DNA from: Leptospiria bacterium
GTDB taxonomy: Bacteria; Spirochaetota; Leptospiria; Turneriellales; CBDBES01
Assembly: GCA_965204465.1 (NCBI GenBank)
Contig: OZ241995.1
Location: 1,087,839-1,151,838 of the forward strand
Direction of reading: 5' to 3'
Length of the DNA: 64,000 bases
The position numbers were made by a program, and so were the translations under genes. The notes beneath the pieces are model-generated. The model was not told the DNA's origin. It did no database searches and saw only the letters and a program-made list of their open reading frames with translations. Positions 1-10,043 of this stretch are shown here, piece after piece (position 1 is the first letter of the stretch; each line of letters begins with the position of its first letter).

Positions 1-99
1 AGACGCATCGGACAGAGTAGAGAACATAAGCTAACTCCTCAATTAAAAGGAATGTTAGATAAAGTAAATTATTTGGTTAGTGTAGAAGAAATAAAATGA
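1..99 (+). CDS. rpmD: 50S ribosomal protein L30, C-terminal part (gene begins left of the window)
   Basis: Frame 1 reads RRIGQSREHKLTPQLKGMLDKVNYLVSVEEIK-stop, which matches the L30 C-terminus. The stop overlaps the rplO ATG (ATGA). The position just before L15 is canonical. Confidence 0.7.
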   Translation, partial: RRIGQSREHKLTPQLKGMLDKVNYLVSVEEIK

Positions 100-668
100 A
101 TAACTTGCATCCTAATAAAAAAGCTAGGAGAAACAGAAAAAGATTGGGCAGGGGTATAGGTTCTTGTTTGGGAGGAACTTCTGGCAGAGGAACAAAGGGG
201 CAAAGATCCAGGAGCAGTGCAGTCATTCCAGCTTGGTTTGAAGGAGGCCAAACTCCTTTATACAGAAGAGTTCCCAAGAGAGGTTTCACTAATATATTTC
301 GACAAGAATGGAATATTTTAAATATAGAGAATTTAATTTCCGCCCTGGAGAAAATAGGCAATAATAAAGAAATACTCTTAAAGGATATTTCCAAGTCAGG
401 CATTGTAAATAAAAAAAAGTTGCCTGTTAAACTATTAGCGGGGTCGGTAGAATCAAAAGAATTGGATATTCAAAAATTAAAAGGTAAGACTATATCTATC
501 AATTATGCGAGTAAAAAAGCAACAGAACTTGTAAAATCGGCTGGTGGAACATTAAAAATAGAACCATATAAAAAGAAAAAATTCAAAAAAGGAATGTCAG
601 TTTCAGATCCATCCACCGCTAAAAATCCCTCAGAGGTAAGGAAAGAAAGTAAATCTAAATCAAAATAG
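96..668 (+). CDS. rplO: 50S ribosomal protein L15, with a Lys-rich C-terminal extension
   Basis: Contains GRGIGSCLGGTSGRGTKGQRSRS, the L15 Gly/Arg motif. It sits between L30 and secY. At 190 aa it is longer than the usual ~145 aa. Confidence 0.9.
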   Translation: MNNLHPNKKARRNRKRLGRGIGSCLGGTSGRGTKGQRSRSSAVIPAWFEGGQTPLYRRVPKRGFTNIFRQEWNILNIENLISALEKIGNNKEILLKDISKSGIVNKKKLPVKLLAGSVESKELDIQKLKGKTISINYASKKATELVKSAGGTLKIEPYKKKKFKKGMSVSDPSTAKNPSEVRKESKSKSK

Positions 669-689
669 GCATACGAGAAAGAATTTTTT

Positions 690-2066
690 ATGATCAGAAT
701 CTTAACTACTATATTTAATATACCAGATTTAAGGAATAAAATACTCTTTACCATTGGAATGTTGATCGTATTCAGAATCGGGGCGCATATCACAGTACCA
801 GGGGTTAATTTTCAGGTCTTAGATGAATATCTTCAATCCACTTATGGAGGAGAACAGGGCCTTACCTATTACATTGATCTATTTGCTGGAGGCGCTTTTA
901 AAAGGCTTTCTTTATTTGCTTTAGGAATTATGCCTTATATTTCGGCTTCCATCATAATGCAGCTATTAATGGTCATGGTACCTTCTTTACAACGTCTTCA
1001 AAAAGAAGGAGACTTTGGCAGGAGAAAAGTTAATCAATATACCCGTTATGGTACGGTATTCTTATGTGCTGCTCAATCCTATGGAATCACTATTTATATA
1101 AAATCTTTGCATGAAGAGATATTAGGCCAAAACCCAAATAGTTTTCTAATTGATGGTGGTCCCAGTATGGCTTTTATCCTAATGACAATGCTTGCTATAA
1201 CCACAGGTACGATTGTTTTGATGTGGATCGGCGAATTGATCACAGAAAGGGGTATCGGCAATGGTATTTCTTTATTGATCTTTGCAGGGATCATAGCCGG
1301 GGCTCCCCCTGCCATTGGACAATTCGTTTTAGATATTCAAAAAGATCAGGTGGAAGTGATATTGGCCTTGATCTTATTTTTAATTTTTATCATTATGATT
1401 GGGCTGTCTATTATTTTAACCGAAGGAGTTCGAAAAATTCCTTTGCAATATGGCAAACGTATTGTGGGTCGTAGGATGGTACAGGCTTCCAGCCAGTCTT
1501 TACCCATCAAAGTAAATGCAGCGAACGTAATGCCCATTATTTTTGCCTCTTCTTTGATGTTATTTCCCACTCAAATTGCCTCTTATTTAAGAGGTGATTA
1601 CCAGGAATTTGCTTCTATTTTAACAAGTTATTTAGCTCCAGGCACCATAAGTTATATGTTGATCTATGTTGTTTTGATCATATTTTTTGCTTATTTTTAT
1701 ACGGCTATCCAATATAACCCTAAAGATCTTGCTGAAGCACTCAAAAAGAATGGTGGTTATATTCCGGGTATCCGACCGGGGGTGCAAACAGAAGATTACA
1801 TTCAGAAAATATTGAATAGGATCACTCTTTCGGGAGCCATATTTCTGGCATTTATCGCCATAGCTCCTGATCTGATCATCGAAATGTGGAATCTACAGAA
1901 ATTTCGTAATATGGCATATTTATTTGGAGGGACTTCCCTTTTGATCATTGTAGGGGTTGCTTTAGATACTTTGAAGCAAATTGAATCCCAGCTTTTAATG
2001 AGACATTATGAAGGCTTTATGGATAAAAGTAGAAAAACAGTCTCGAGGCCAAGAATGGTCAGGTAA
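690..2066 (+). CDS. secY: Preprotein translocase subunit SecY
   Basis: 458 aa and multi-TM. Contains GGAFKRLSLFALGIMPYISASIIMQLL, the SecY signature, in canonical operon position. Confidence 0.97.
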   Translation: MIRILTTIFNIPDLRNKILFTIGMLIVFRIGAHITVPGVNFQVLDEYLQSTYGGEQGLTYYIDLFAGGAFKRLSLFALGIMPYISASIIMQLLMVMVPSLQRLQKEGDFGRRKVNQYTRYGTVFLCAAQSYGITIYIKSLHEEILGQNPNSFLIDGGPSMAFILMTMLAITTGTIVLMWIGELITERGIGNGISLLIFAGIIAGAPPAIGQFVLDIQKDQVEVILALILFLIFIIMIGLSIILTEGVRKIPLQYGKRIVGRRMVQASSQSLPIKVNAANVMPIIFASSLMLFPTQIASYLRGDYQEFASILTSYLAPGTISYMLIYVVLIIFFAYFYTAIQYNPKDLAEALKKNGGYIPGIRPGVQTEDYIQKILNRITLSGAIFLAFIAIAPDLIIEMWNLQKFRNMAYLFGGTSLLIIVGVALDTLKQIESQLLMRHYEGFMDKSRKTVSRPRMVR

Positions 2067-2653
2067 TGGATGATCTATTCATGAATTTAATTTTTATGGG
2101 AGCTCCGGGAGCCGGAAAAGGAACCCAGGCTGCAATTCTTTGTGACCGCTTCAATATTCCTAAAATATCTACGGGAGATATTCTAAGAGAAGCGGTAGAG
2201 AATAAAATAGACTTTAGAGAAAAAGTGAATTCCTTTATAGACAAAGGGAAATTAGTTCCGGATGACATTGTCGTTGATATTATCCGAGAGAGGATCATCC
2301 AGGAAGATTGCAAAGCTGGTTTTCTTTTAGATGGTTTTCCTCGTAATCATATCCAGGCGGAGGCCCTGGATAAAATACTAGCAGAAAATGATATTGAAAT
2401 TGATAAAGTGGTTTATTTTGATGTGGATCATGCAAATCTGATGAAAAGATTATTAAAAAGGTCTGAGTTAGAGGGCCGCTCTGATGATAATGAAGCTTCT
2501 ATTGAAAATCGCTTAAATGTATTTCATACCAGTACAAAGCCTCTTTTGAATTATTATGATACAAAAAGAAAGTTAATATGCGTACTCGGACAGGGAACCG
2601 TAGAAGAGGTATCCTTCAGAGTGCAGGAAGCGCTTAATTTACATGTCCATTAG
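2066..2653 (+). CDS. adk: Adenylate kinase (short-lid type)
   Basis: GAPGAGKGTQA P-loop and LLDGFPRN motif. The true start is more likely ATG 2081 (MNLIFMGAPG). Confidence 0.95.
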   Translation: MDDLFMNLIFMGAPGAGKGTQAAILCDRFNIPKISTGDILREAVENKIDFREKVNSFIDKGKLVPDDIVVDIIRERIIQEDCKAGFLLDGFPRNHIQAEALDKILAENDIEIDKVVYFDVDHANLMKRLLKRSELEGRSDDNEASIENRLNVFHTSTKPLLNYYDTKRKLICVLGQGTVEEVSFRVQEALNLHVH

Positions 2654-3470
2654 AATTTATACTGCTAAAGAAATCCAAAATGTAATAGACTCAGGTACTA
2701 TTGCTTATGAAACTCATATGCATTTAACAGAACATCTCTCTCCAGGTATATCCACCTATGATCTGGATCGCATTGCTTATGAATATATTTGTGAACAAGG
2801 TGGTAAACCGGCTTTTTTAGGTTACCAAGGTTATCAAGCTACTCTATGTACATCCTTAAATGATGCTGTTGTTCATGGTCTTCCGTCGGAGAATGATATT
2901 TTAAAAGAAGGAGATATATTAGGTATTGACCTTGGAGTTCTTTATAATGGATATTACTCAGATACTGCCTGGACATGGCCCATTGGGGAAATCTCTGAAA
3001 ATGCAAAAAGATTAATCAAAGTAACCCAGGAATCTCTTTATCATGGTATTAAAAATGCTCGTCCCGGGAATCGTATTGGTATGATCGGGGCAAGTGTTCA
3101 AAAACATGCAGAGTCAAATGGATATTCAGTGGTTCGCAGCCTTGTTGGACATGGAGTAGGTCGCTCCATACATGAAGAACCACAGGTTCCTAACTTTGGG
3201 AAAAAAAATGATGGTCCAAAGATCAGACCTGGAATGATACTTGCAATTGAGCCAATGATCAATGAAGGCCATTATGATGTGTTTACGGATGAGGATCAAT
3301 GGACTATAAGAACAAAAGATAATTCTTTAAGCGTTCATTTTGAGCATACAATTGCCATAAATAGTAAAGGAACATTGATTTGTACTTTACCGCATGGATC
3401 GGAAATAAATGTATTCACTATAATGGATCATCAAAAAAATAAGAAAGATACTTTGAAAAATATTAGCTGA
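2643..3470 (+). CDS. map: Methionine aminopeptidase, type I
   Basis: Metal-ligand motifs DLGV..NGYYSD, VGHGVGRSIHEEP, LAIEPMIN and HFEHT. Overlaps the adk 3' end. Confidence 0.95.
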   Translation: MSIRIYTAKEIQNVIDSGTIAYETHMHLTEHLSPGISTYDLDRIAYEYICEQGGKPAFLGYQGYQATLCTSLNDAVVHGLPSENDILKEGDILGIDLGVLYNGYYSDTAWTWPIGEISENAKRLIKVTQESLYHGIKNARPGNRIGMIGASVQKHAESNGYSVVRSLVGHGVGRSIHEEPQVPNFGKKNDGPKIRPGMILAIEPMINEGHYDVFTDEDQWTIRTKDNSLSVHFEHTIAINSKGTLICTLPHGSEINVFTIMDHQKNKKDTLKNIS

Positions 3471-3514
3471 TTTTTAGAATATGACAAATGATCGTATATT
3501 AAGAGAATTAAAAT

Positions 3515-3631
3515 ATGAAGGTTAAGACATCCGTTAAAATAATTTGCTCTTCCTGCAAAATTATTCGCAGGAAAGGTGTAGTAAGGGTTATCTGTAGCGC
3601 GAATCCAAGGCATAAGCAGCGTCAAAAATGA
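3515..3631 (+). CDS. rpmJ: 50S ribosomal protein L36 (below the ORF-track size cutoff)
   Basis: Hand translation gives [38 protein letters not shown] (38 aa), the typical L36 zinc-ribbon pattern. It lies directly upstream of rpsM. Confidence 0.9.
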   Translation: MKVKTSVKIICSSCKIIRRKGVVRVICSANPRHKQRQK

Positions 3632-3648
3632 TCCATTAAAATAGTATT

Positions 3649-4014
3649 ATGGCTAGAATTGCAGGAATCGATTTACCAGCGAATAAGAGAATGGAAATAG
3701 GACTTACCTATATCTACGGAATAGGTAAAAGTAGATCCAATGAAATATTGAAAAAAGCAGGTATTGATAAGAACATAAAAGTAAAAGACCTAACGGAAGA
3801 AAACACCACCAAGCTACGTCAGATTGTTGAAAAAGACTATAGAGTTGAAGGAGAATTGAGAAGCGCGATTGCTATAAACATTAAACGATTAGTTGATATA
3901 AATAGTTATCGTGGATCAAGACATCAAAGAAGACTTCCTGTAAGAGGGCAACGAACTAAAACAAATGCAAGGAGTAGAAAAGGTAGGCGTACTTCTGTTT
4001 CTGGAAAAAAATAA
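3649..4014 (+). CDS. rpsM: 30S ribosomal protein S13
   Basis: Starts [10 protein letters not shown]...GLTYIYGIG, with a basic C-terminus. Operon position fits. Confidence 0.95.
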   Translation: MARIAGIDLPANKRMEIGLTYIYGIGKSRSNEILKKAGIDKNIKVKDLTEENTTKLRQIVEKDYRVEGELRSAIAINIKRLVDINSYRGSRHQRRLPVRGQRTKTNARSRKGRRTSVSGKK

Positions 4015-4025
4015 ATGGAGAATAT

Positions 4026-4427
4026 ATGGCACAAGCAACTCAGAAAAAAAAGATAAAGAAGAGCAAAAAAGATAAGGCAAAAATAGCAAAAGGGCAACTC
4101 TATATTAATGCTACTTTTAATAATACGATCATTACTGCGACTGATATGAAGGGAGATGTACTTGCATGGGCTTCAGGAGGTTCTATGGAATTCAAGGGAT
4201 CCCGAAAATCGACTCCTTATGCGGCTCAGATGGCTGCGAGAAAAGTAGTCGAAGATGCAAAAAAGCTAGGCATGCAGGAAATAAATGTTTTTATAAAAGG
4301 CCCTGGAGTCGGTAGAGAAAGTGTGGTACGCGCAATTGCTGCTTCTGGCTTAAAGATCAAGTTCATAAAAGATGTAACTCCTATTCCACATAATGGATGC
4401 AGACCGCGCAAAAAGAGGAGAGTGTAG
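4026..4427 (+). CDS. rpsK: 30S ribosomal protein S11
   Basis: Contains [14 protein letters not shown] and [11 protein letters not shown]. Operon position fits. Confidence 0.95.
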   Translation: MAQATQKKKIKKSKKDKAKIAKGQLYINATFNNTIITATDMKGDVLAWASGGSMEFKGSRKSTPYAAQMAARKVVEDAKKLGMQEINVFIKGPGVGRESVVRAIAASGLKIKFIKDVTPIPHNGCRPRKKRRV

Positions 4428-4431
4428 TAGT

Positions 4432-5061
4432 ATGGCAAGATACAGAGGACCTGTTTGTAAACTATGTAGAAGAGAAGGCCTAAAGCTTTTCTTAAAAGGA
4501 CAGAGATGTCTTACTGAAAAATGTACTTTTAATCATCGTAAGGACCCCCCAGGGCCACCACTCAAACGAAAAACCCAGCTTACGGGTTATGCCGCCCAAT
4601 TAAGGGAAAAACAGAAAGTGAAAAGAATCTATGGCGTTCTGGAAAAGCCTTTCCATAATTATTTTAAAAAGGCTCAAAGGATGAAAGGTATAACCGGTGA
4701 AAACTTACTTATTTTGTTAGAAAAGCGCTTAGATAATACACTCTATAGAATGGGATTGGTTTCTTCCAGAGCCCAAGCCAGAAATATAATCAGTCATGGG
4801 CATGTCTATGTGAGTGGGAAAAAAGTGAATATTGCTTCCTATAGTGTTAAATTAAATGATACGATCTCAGTAAGCGAGAAAAAGTCCATTGCATCTTTGA
4901 TCGAATCAAATATTGAGGTAGCCAGGGGGATAGGTTTGATCGCAGATTGGATTGAACTTTCTGAAAATGGAAAGTCTGGAAAAATAATTAAGTATCCATC
5001 CAGGGAAAATGTTGACATACCAACCAAAGAACAAGTTATTGTGGAGTTATATTCAAAATAG
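4432..5061 (+). CDS. rpsD: 30S ribosomal protein S4
   Basis: MARYRGPVCKLCRREG is the S4 N-terminus. The track ORF start at 4393 overlaps rpsK, so the internal ATG at 4432 was chosen. Confidence 0.95.
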   Translation: MARYRGPVCKLCRREGLKLFLKGQRCLTEKCTFNHRKDPPGPPLKRKTQLTGYAAQLREKQKVKRIYGVLEKPFHNYFKKAQRMKGITGENLLILLEKRLDNTLYRMGLVSSRAQARNIISHGHVYVSGKKVNIASYSVKLNDTISVSEKKSIASLIESNIEVARGIGLIADWIELSENGKSGKIIKYPSRENVDIPTKEQVIVELYSK

Positions 5062-5100
5062 GTTAAAGTTTACTACCAAAAAATTTAAGGAGTTCATTAA

Positions 5101-6114
5101 ATGGAAATTACAGATAAAGATCAAAATGTTACAGCAAAAAATGTTCCTAAGAATCTTCTGAAAGGGCTAAAGCGCCCCAATGCAGTTGAATTCTATCATG
5201 TGGATAAAAGACAGGATTATGGCAAGTTCGTTGCAGAACCCTTTGAAAAGGGGTTTGGTACAACGATCGGTAATTCTTTGAGACGAGTACTCATGTCTTA
5301 TATTGAAGGCACTGCCATTGTTGCGGTAAAGATAGAAGGTGCTGACCATGAATTTAGTGTCATCCCAGGCGTCACAGAAGATGTTCCCAGAATTATTCTA
5401 AATTTGAAGAAAATAAGATTTCAATATGAAGAGAATGGGCCATTGACCTTAGAGATCCGTAAAAAAGGAGCTGGCTTTTTGCTGGCATCTGATTTAAATA
5501 TAGATTCTCGTATAAAGGTGGTCAATCCAGATATTATTATCGCTCACATGAATGAAAAAGCAGATATTCATATGACATTGCAAATCAATAAAGGAAGGGG
5601 ATATTTGCCTTCAGAAGTTACGAAGAAAATGATAGATGATGTAGGAGTGATTCCAATTGATGCTCTTTTTTCTCCTGTCAAAAAGGTAAATTTTGAAATC
5701 AGTGAAATACGTGTTGGCCAACGCACAGATTATGATAAACTGATTCTGGAGGTTTGGACAGATGAAACCAGTACGCCTGAAGATGTAGTGGCTTATGCTG
5801 CCAAGATATTGAAAGAACATCTTTCTGTATTCATTAATTTTGAAGAGGAATTGTATGAAGAAGAAGGTGCAGATGAAATAAACGAAGAATTAAAAGCAAT
5901 CTTGAATACTTCTTTAGAAGCATTGGAATTTTCTATAAGAACTTTTGCCGTATTGAAGAGTCTGGATATGAAAACTGTCCAAAGTCTGGTTACCAGTAGA
6001 TGTGAAGAAGATCTTAGAAAGAGCAAGCATTATTCAGATAAAGTTCTTCTTCAAATTAAAAGTAAGGTTGCTGAATTAGGACTTTCATTTGAGATGAGAG
6101 AATTGTCTGAATGA
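5101..6114 (+). CDS. rpoA: DNA-directed RNA polymerase subunit alpha
   Basis: FGTTIGNSLRRVLMSYIEG N-terminal-domain motif and a C-terminal-domain helix-hairpin-helix region (LEFSIRTFAVLKS). Confidence 0.95.
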   Translation: MEITDKDQNVTAKNVPKNLLKGLKRPNAVEFYHVDKRQDYGKFVAEPFEKGFGTTIGNSLRRVLMSYIEGTAIVAVKIEGADHEFSVIPGVTEDVPRIILNLKKIRFQYEENGPLTLEIRKKGAGFLLASDLNIDSRIKVVNPDIIIAHMNEKADIHMTLQINKGRGYLPSEVTKKMIDDVGVIPIDALFSPVKKVNFEISEIRVGQRTDYDKLILEVWTDETSTPEDVVAYAAKILKEHLSVFINFEEELYEEEGADEINEELKAILNTSLEALEFSIRTFAVLKSLDMKTVQSLVTSRCEEDLRKSKHYSDKVLLQIKSKVAELGLSFEMRELSE

Positions 6115-6120
6115 TCTATA

Positions 6121-6639
6121 ATGAGAAAGCAAAATAAAGTAAAGCAGCTACAAAGAAACAGTGAACACAGGAATGCTCTTTTAAAAGGAATGGCAGAGAG
6201 CTTATTCTACCATGAAAGAATTACAAGTACAGTTGCCAAAATCAAGACAGTAAGACGATTCAGCGAAAAACTGATCACCCGCGCTAAGAAGAATTTAGAA
6301 CAAAATATTACTCAAGAGAGTAAACTGCATAACATCAGACTGGTTAATAGATACATAAAAAACAAAGAAGTAATAAGAAAATTATTCCAGGATATCATCG
6401 TTCGTAATAAAGATAGAAATGGTGGATATACCAGAATAATTAAGTTAGGTTTTAGAAATTCTGATAAATCTGAAATGGCATTGTTGGAATTGGTGAATAA
6501 AAAAGATATTGCAGTTTTAAAAAGCGAACGCAAAGAAATGAGGTCTAATTTTTCAAAGAAAAAGAAAGGGAAATCTTTGATAGAGGATTCTAAGAAGCTT
6601 GATGAAAAAAATAAGATTGATGAAAAAAAGGAAACCTGA
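6121..6639 (+). CDS. rplQ: 50S ribosomal protein L17, with a Lys/Glu-rich C-terminal extension
   Basis: Contains LQRNSEHRNALLKGMAESLFYHERITST, then GGYTRIIKLGFR. About 50 extra charged residues at the C-terminus. Confidence 0.9.
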   Translation: MRKQNKVKQLQRNSEHRNALLKGMAESLFYHERITSTVAKIKTVRRFSEKLITRAKKNLEQNITQESKLHNIRLVNRYIKNKEVIRKLFQDIIVRNKDRNGGYTRIIKLGFRNSDKSEMALLELVNKKDIAVLKSERKEMRSNFSKKKKGKSLIEDSKKLDEKNKIDEKKET

Positions 6640-6748
6640 AAGACACTCCAAATGTTCTTGCTCTTTAAATACTTTCACCTATCCTATTTTGCAGAATTAA
6701 ATAAGAATATGAATTAAGAACCAGACCGTTATTGGTATTCTAATAAAG

Positions 6749-6834
<86 letters not shown>

Positions 6835-6851
6835 GTAATGATCAGATTGGT

Positions 6852-8795
6852 ATGGGAATTTTTTTAGACAAGATCAATTCTAATGAACATTTAAAAAAAC
6901 TTTCTTTAGATCAATTGCCTGTTCTTTGCCAAGAAATAAGGGATCTACTTGTAAATGTACTAAGCAAAACAGGGGGACATCTTGCTTCTAATTTAGGAGC
7001 TGTTGAATTCACCGTAGCTTTGCATTATGTTTTTGATTCTCCCAGGGATAAATTTTGCTGGGATGTTGGTCACCAGGCTTATGTTCATAAGATATTAACC
7101 GGTAGAAAAAATAAATTAAAAACTGTCAGAATGACTTCTGGTCTTTCTGGTTTCCCTAATATATTTGAATCAAAGCATGATCAATATAGTACAGGTCATG
7201 CGGGTACTTCTATCAGCCAGGCTCTTGGAGAAGCGGTGGCCAGAGACCATAAGTTAAAATCTAAAAAGATCAAAAAATCTTATAATGTAGTGGCTATTAC
7301 AGGTGATGCCTCCATTGCTTCTGGTCTTTCTTTTGAGGCTTTAAATCATTCGGGATATGTAAAATCTCCTTTTCTGATCATATTGAATGACAATGAAATG
7401 AGCATTTCACCCAATGTAGGAGCTTTAAATTATACTTTTAGCAATTTTATAAGTAATCAAACTTATACTCAAAAAAGAAAATTATTCTATAAAATATTAA
7501 AAAAAATTCCTGTTATTGGCTTACTTTTGGATCATTTTTTCTCTAGAGTAAGAATATCCTTAAAAAATTTTATCACCGAAAACCATTTTTTTGAAAGCTT
7601 TGGTTTCCGCTACATGGGGCCTATAGATGGACATGATGTGATCAAATTAGTTAGAATATTAAATAATCTGAAAAAACTTGAAAGCCCTACTATATTGCAT
7701 TTGATCACTAAAAAAGGGAAGGGATATAAACCAGCTGAGAAAGATCCTGTTGGTTATCATGGGGTAAAACCATTTGAAGCCAAGAAAGGCAATATGCGAT
7801 CTTCAGGGGATAAATGGCCAATGAGCAAATTTGTGGGAGAATGTATATCTGAATTGGCTAAAAAACAAAAAAAAATTTATGTCATTACACCCGCTATGAA
7901 AGAAGGATCTGGATTAGTGAATTTTGCAAAGAAACATACTAAGAATTTTTTTGATGTAGGCATTGCAGAACAACATTCAGTTACATTTTCGGGTTCGCTA
8001 GCAAAATCGGGAATGATTCCATTTCTATGTATCTATTCTACTTTCTTACAGAGAGCCTATGATCAGTTGATCCAAGACGTTGCCTTAATGAATTTTCCAG
8101 TAAGATTTGTCATCGACCGCGCTGGATGTGTAGGAGGGGATGGAGAAACCCACCAGGGTCTATATGATATTTCATACATGGCATGCATTCCTAATATGAG
8201 GATTCTGAGCGCTTCTAATCCAAAAGAATTAATGTGGATGCTCAGTTTTATGTCTAAATATAATGATCATCCCATTTCTGTGAGATTTCCTAAAAAAGAT
8301 TATAGTCCTGCTTATTTTCAGGAATGGCTGGATGATCCTGGTTATCCTAAAGATTGGTCTCCTTTTAAATCTGAAATCAAAGCAAAAGGAAAGGATGTCA
8401 TTTTATTTACAGAAGGTACCACACTGGATATTGGCATGGAAACAAGAAAAATACTTGATTCTCAATCTATTCGTTTAGAAGTAGTTTCTTTAAAATCTTT
8501 AAGGCCATTGGATGAAGATACGATCAGTAAGTGCGTTCAAGATAAATCCATGGTATTCACTCTGGAAAACCATGTTCATACAGGGGGAGTTGGCCAGATC
8601 ATGTTGAATCGCCTTTCTGCTTGTTTAAGAGATAAATATTTTCATTCTTATGCTTATCCGGAAAAGCCCATTCAACATGGTGATATCAAAGAAATTGAAC
8701 ATCAATACAGATTAGATGCAAAATCCTTAGCCTTTGATATTTATCAGAAATATTTGAAACATTTAAAGGGTTTAAAGTCAATTTCATTTGCCTAA
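6852..8795 (+). CDS. dxs: 1-deoxy-D-xylulose-5-phosphate synthase
   Basis: Contains GGHLASNLGAVEFTVALHYVFDSPRDKFCWDVGHQAYVHKILTGR and the ThDP motif GDASIASG...NDN. The track start at 6786 overlaps the tRNA, so ATG 6852 was chosen. Confidence 0.95.
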   Translation: MGIFLDKINSNEHLKKLSLDQLPVLCQEIRDLLVNVLSKTGGHLASNLGAVEFTVALHYVFDSPRDKFCWDVGHQAYVHKILTGRKNKLKTVRMTSGLSGFPNIFESKHDQYSTGHAGTSISQALGEAVARDHKLKSKKIKKSYNVVAITGDASIASGLSFEALNHSGYVKSPFLIILNDNEMSISPNVGALNYTFSNFISNQTYTQKRKLFYKILKKIPVIGLLLDHFFSRVRISLKNFITENHFFESFGFRYMGPIDGHDVIKLVRILNNLKKLESPTILHLITKKGKGYKPAEKDPVGYHGVKPFEAKKGNMRSSGDKWPMSKFVGECISELAKKQKKIYVITPAMKEGSGLVNFAKKHTKNFFDVGIAEQHSVTFSGSLAKSGMIPFLCIYSTFLQRAYDQLIQDVALMNFPVRFVIDRAGCVGGDGETHQGLYDISYMACIPNMRILSASNPKELMWMLSFMSKYNDHPISVRFPKKDYSPAYFQEWLDDPGYPKDWSPFKSEIKAKGKDVILFTEGTTLDIGMETRKILDSQSIRLEVVSLKSLRPLDEDTISKCVQDKSMVFTLENHVHTGGVGQIMLNRLSACLRDKYFHSYAYPEKPIQHGDIKEIEHQYRLDAKSLAFDIYQKYLKHLKGLKSISFA

Positions 8796-9580
8796 TGAGT
8801 CAAAATAGTATAATAAAGAAGAAAGTTTCTTTTAAAAATAATTTTGGCCTTGAATTGGCTGGTGATCTGATATTGCCTTCTGATCATTCTACTAATTCTT
8901 TTTCTCTTTTTGCTCATTGTTTTACTTGTTCCAAAAATATAAAGGCAATGCATTATCTAACCACTGCTTTGAATGCAGATGGCTTTGGTATTTTAAAATT
9001 TGATTTTACAGGACTAGGAGAAAGCAAAGGAGATTTTGCGGATACTAATTTTACCACCAACGTGCTGGATTTGATCTCTGCAGCTGATTTTCTAGAACAG
9101 CAATATGAAGCCCCCAAATTACTAGTAGGCCATTCTCTGGGAGGAGCTGCTGTTCTAGAGGCAGCATCCTGTATTCAATCTATTAAGGCAGTAGCCACAA
9201 TAGGTGCCCCTTCTGATCCTCTGCATGTAAAACATCTATTCGAATATAAAGAAGAAGAAATCAATACATTGGGAGAAGCCGAGGTGTATTTGGATGGTAG
9301 GAAATTTAATATTAAAAAACAATTTCTACAAGACCTACAGAATTCGGATATAAAGGATCGTATAGGAAATATGAAAAAGGCCTTATTGGTATTGCATTCA
9401 CCATTGGATAAAACGGTAGGCATAGAAAATGCCTCTGAAATTTTTGAAGCGGCAAAACATCCTAAGAGTTTTATATCCCTTGACAAGGCAGATCATTTAC
9501 TTATGGATAAAGAAGATGCCTTATATGCGGGATCTATGATCTCTTCTTGGGCTAAAAGATATATCCATAAGAATTCTTGA
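8795..9580 (+). CDS. Alpha/beta-fold hydrolase
   Basis: GHSLGG nucleophile elbow and a late D..H (KADHLL). 261 aa. Confidence 0.75.
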   Translation: MSQNSIIKKKVSFKNNFGLELAGDLILPSDHSTNSFSLFAHCFTCSKNIKAMHYLTTALNADGFGILKFDFTGLGESKGDFADTNFTTNVLDLISAADFLEQQYEAPKLLVGHSLGGAAVLEAASCIQSIKAVATIGAPSDPLHVKHLFEYKEEEINTLGEAEVYLDGRKFNIKKQFLQDLQNSDIKDRIGNMKKALLVLHSPLDKTVGIENASEIFEAAKHPKSFISLDKADHLLMDKEDALYAGSMISSWAKRYIHKNS

Positions 9581-9999
9581 TAAAAAGAGGGGGGTATAAA
9601 TGGAATCGCGTTCAACTTTTTATGCATATCTCTATAAAACATGGTGATTTTCTAGTAACTCCAAAATCCAATGATGCTGGTATTGATGGGATCATAAATG
9701 AAGATAAATTAGGTCTTGAAAAAATATACATTCAAGCAAAACGCTACAATGAAAACAAAGTTCGTGAAAAAGATATATGCAATTTTATCGGCGCCATGAG
9801 TGGAGATACCAGAAAAGGAGTTTTTGAAAGGACTTCTGATTTTGATGATCATGCTGTTAAAAAAGCCAGTGAAACCCATCATACAATAATTCTAATAAAT
9901 GGGAATAAACTTGTTGATTTGATGTATGAATATAATGTTGGCTTGCAAGTTCATAATATTTATGAGGTTAAAAAAATTGATGACGAATTTTTTGAGTAG
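9577..9999 (+). pseudogene. Mrr-family restriction endonuclease remnant (catalytic-domain C-terminal part only)
   Basis: DAGIDGIINEDKLGLEKIYIQAKRY...FIGAM...LINGNKLVDLMYEYNVG matches the Mrr_cat core. The N-terminal winged-helix half is absent, and the expected GVFITTS block reads GVFERTS. Confidence 0.55.
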
Positions 10000-10043
10000 A
10001 ATTAGTCTTTCTCAGATATATTGAAATATTCTATACCCTAAAA

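Noticed and set aside
4393-4431. The upstream start of the rpsD ORF ([13 protein letters not shown])
   Set aside because: It lies inside the rpsK 3' end. The conserved S4 N-terminus MARYRGP begins at 4432.
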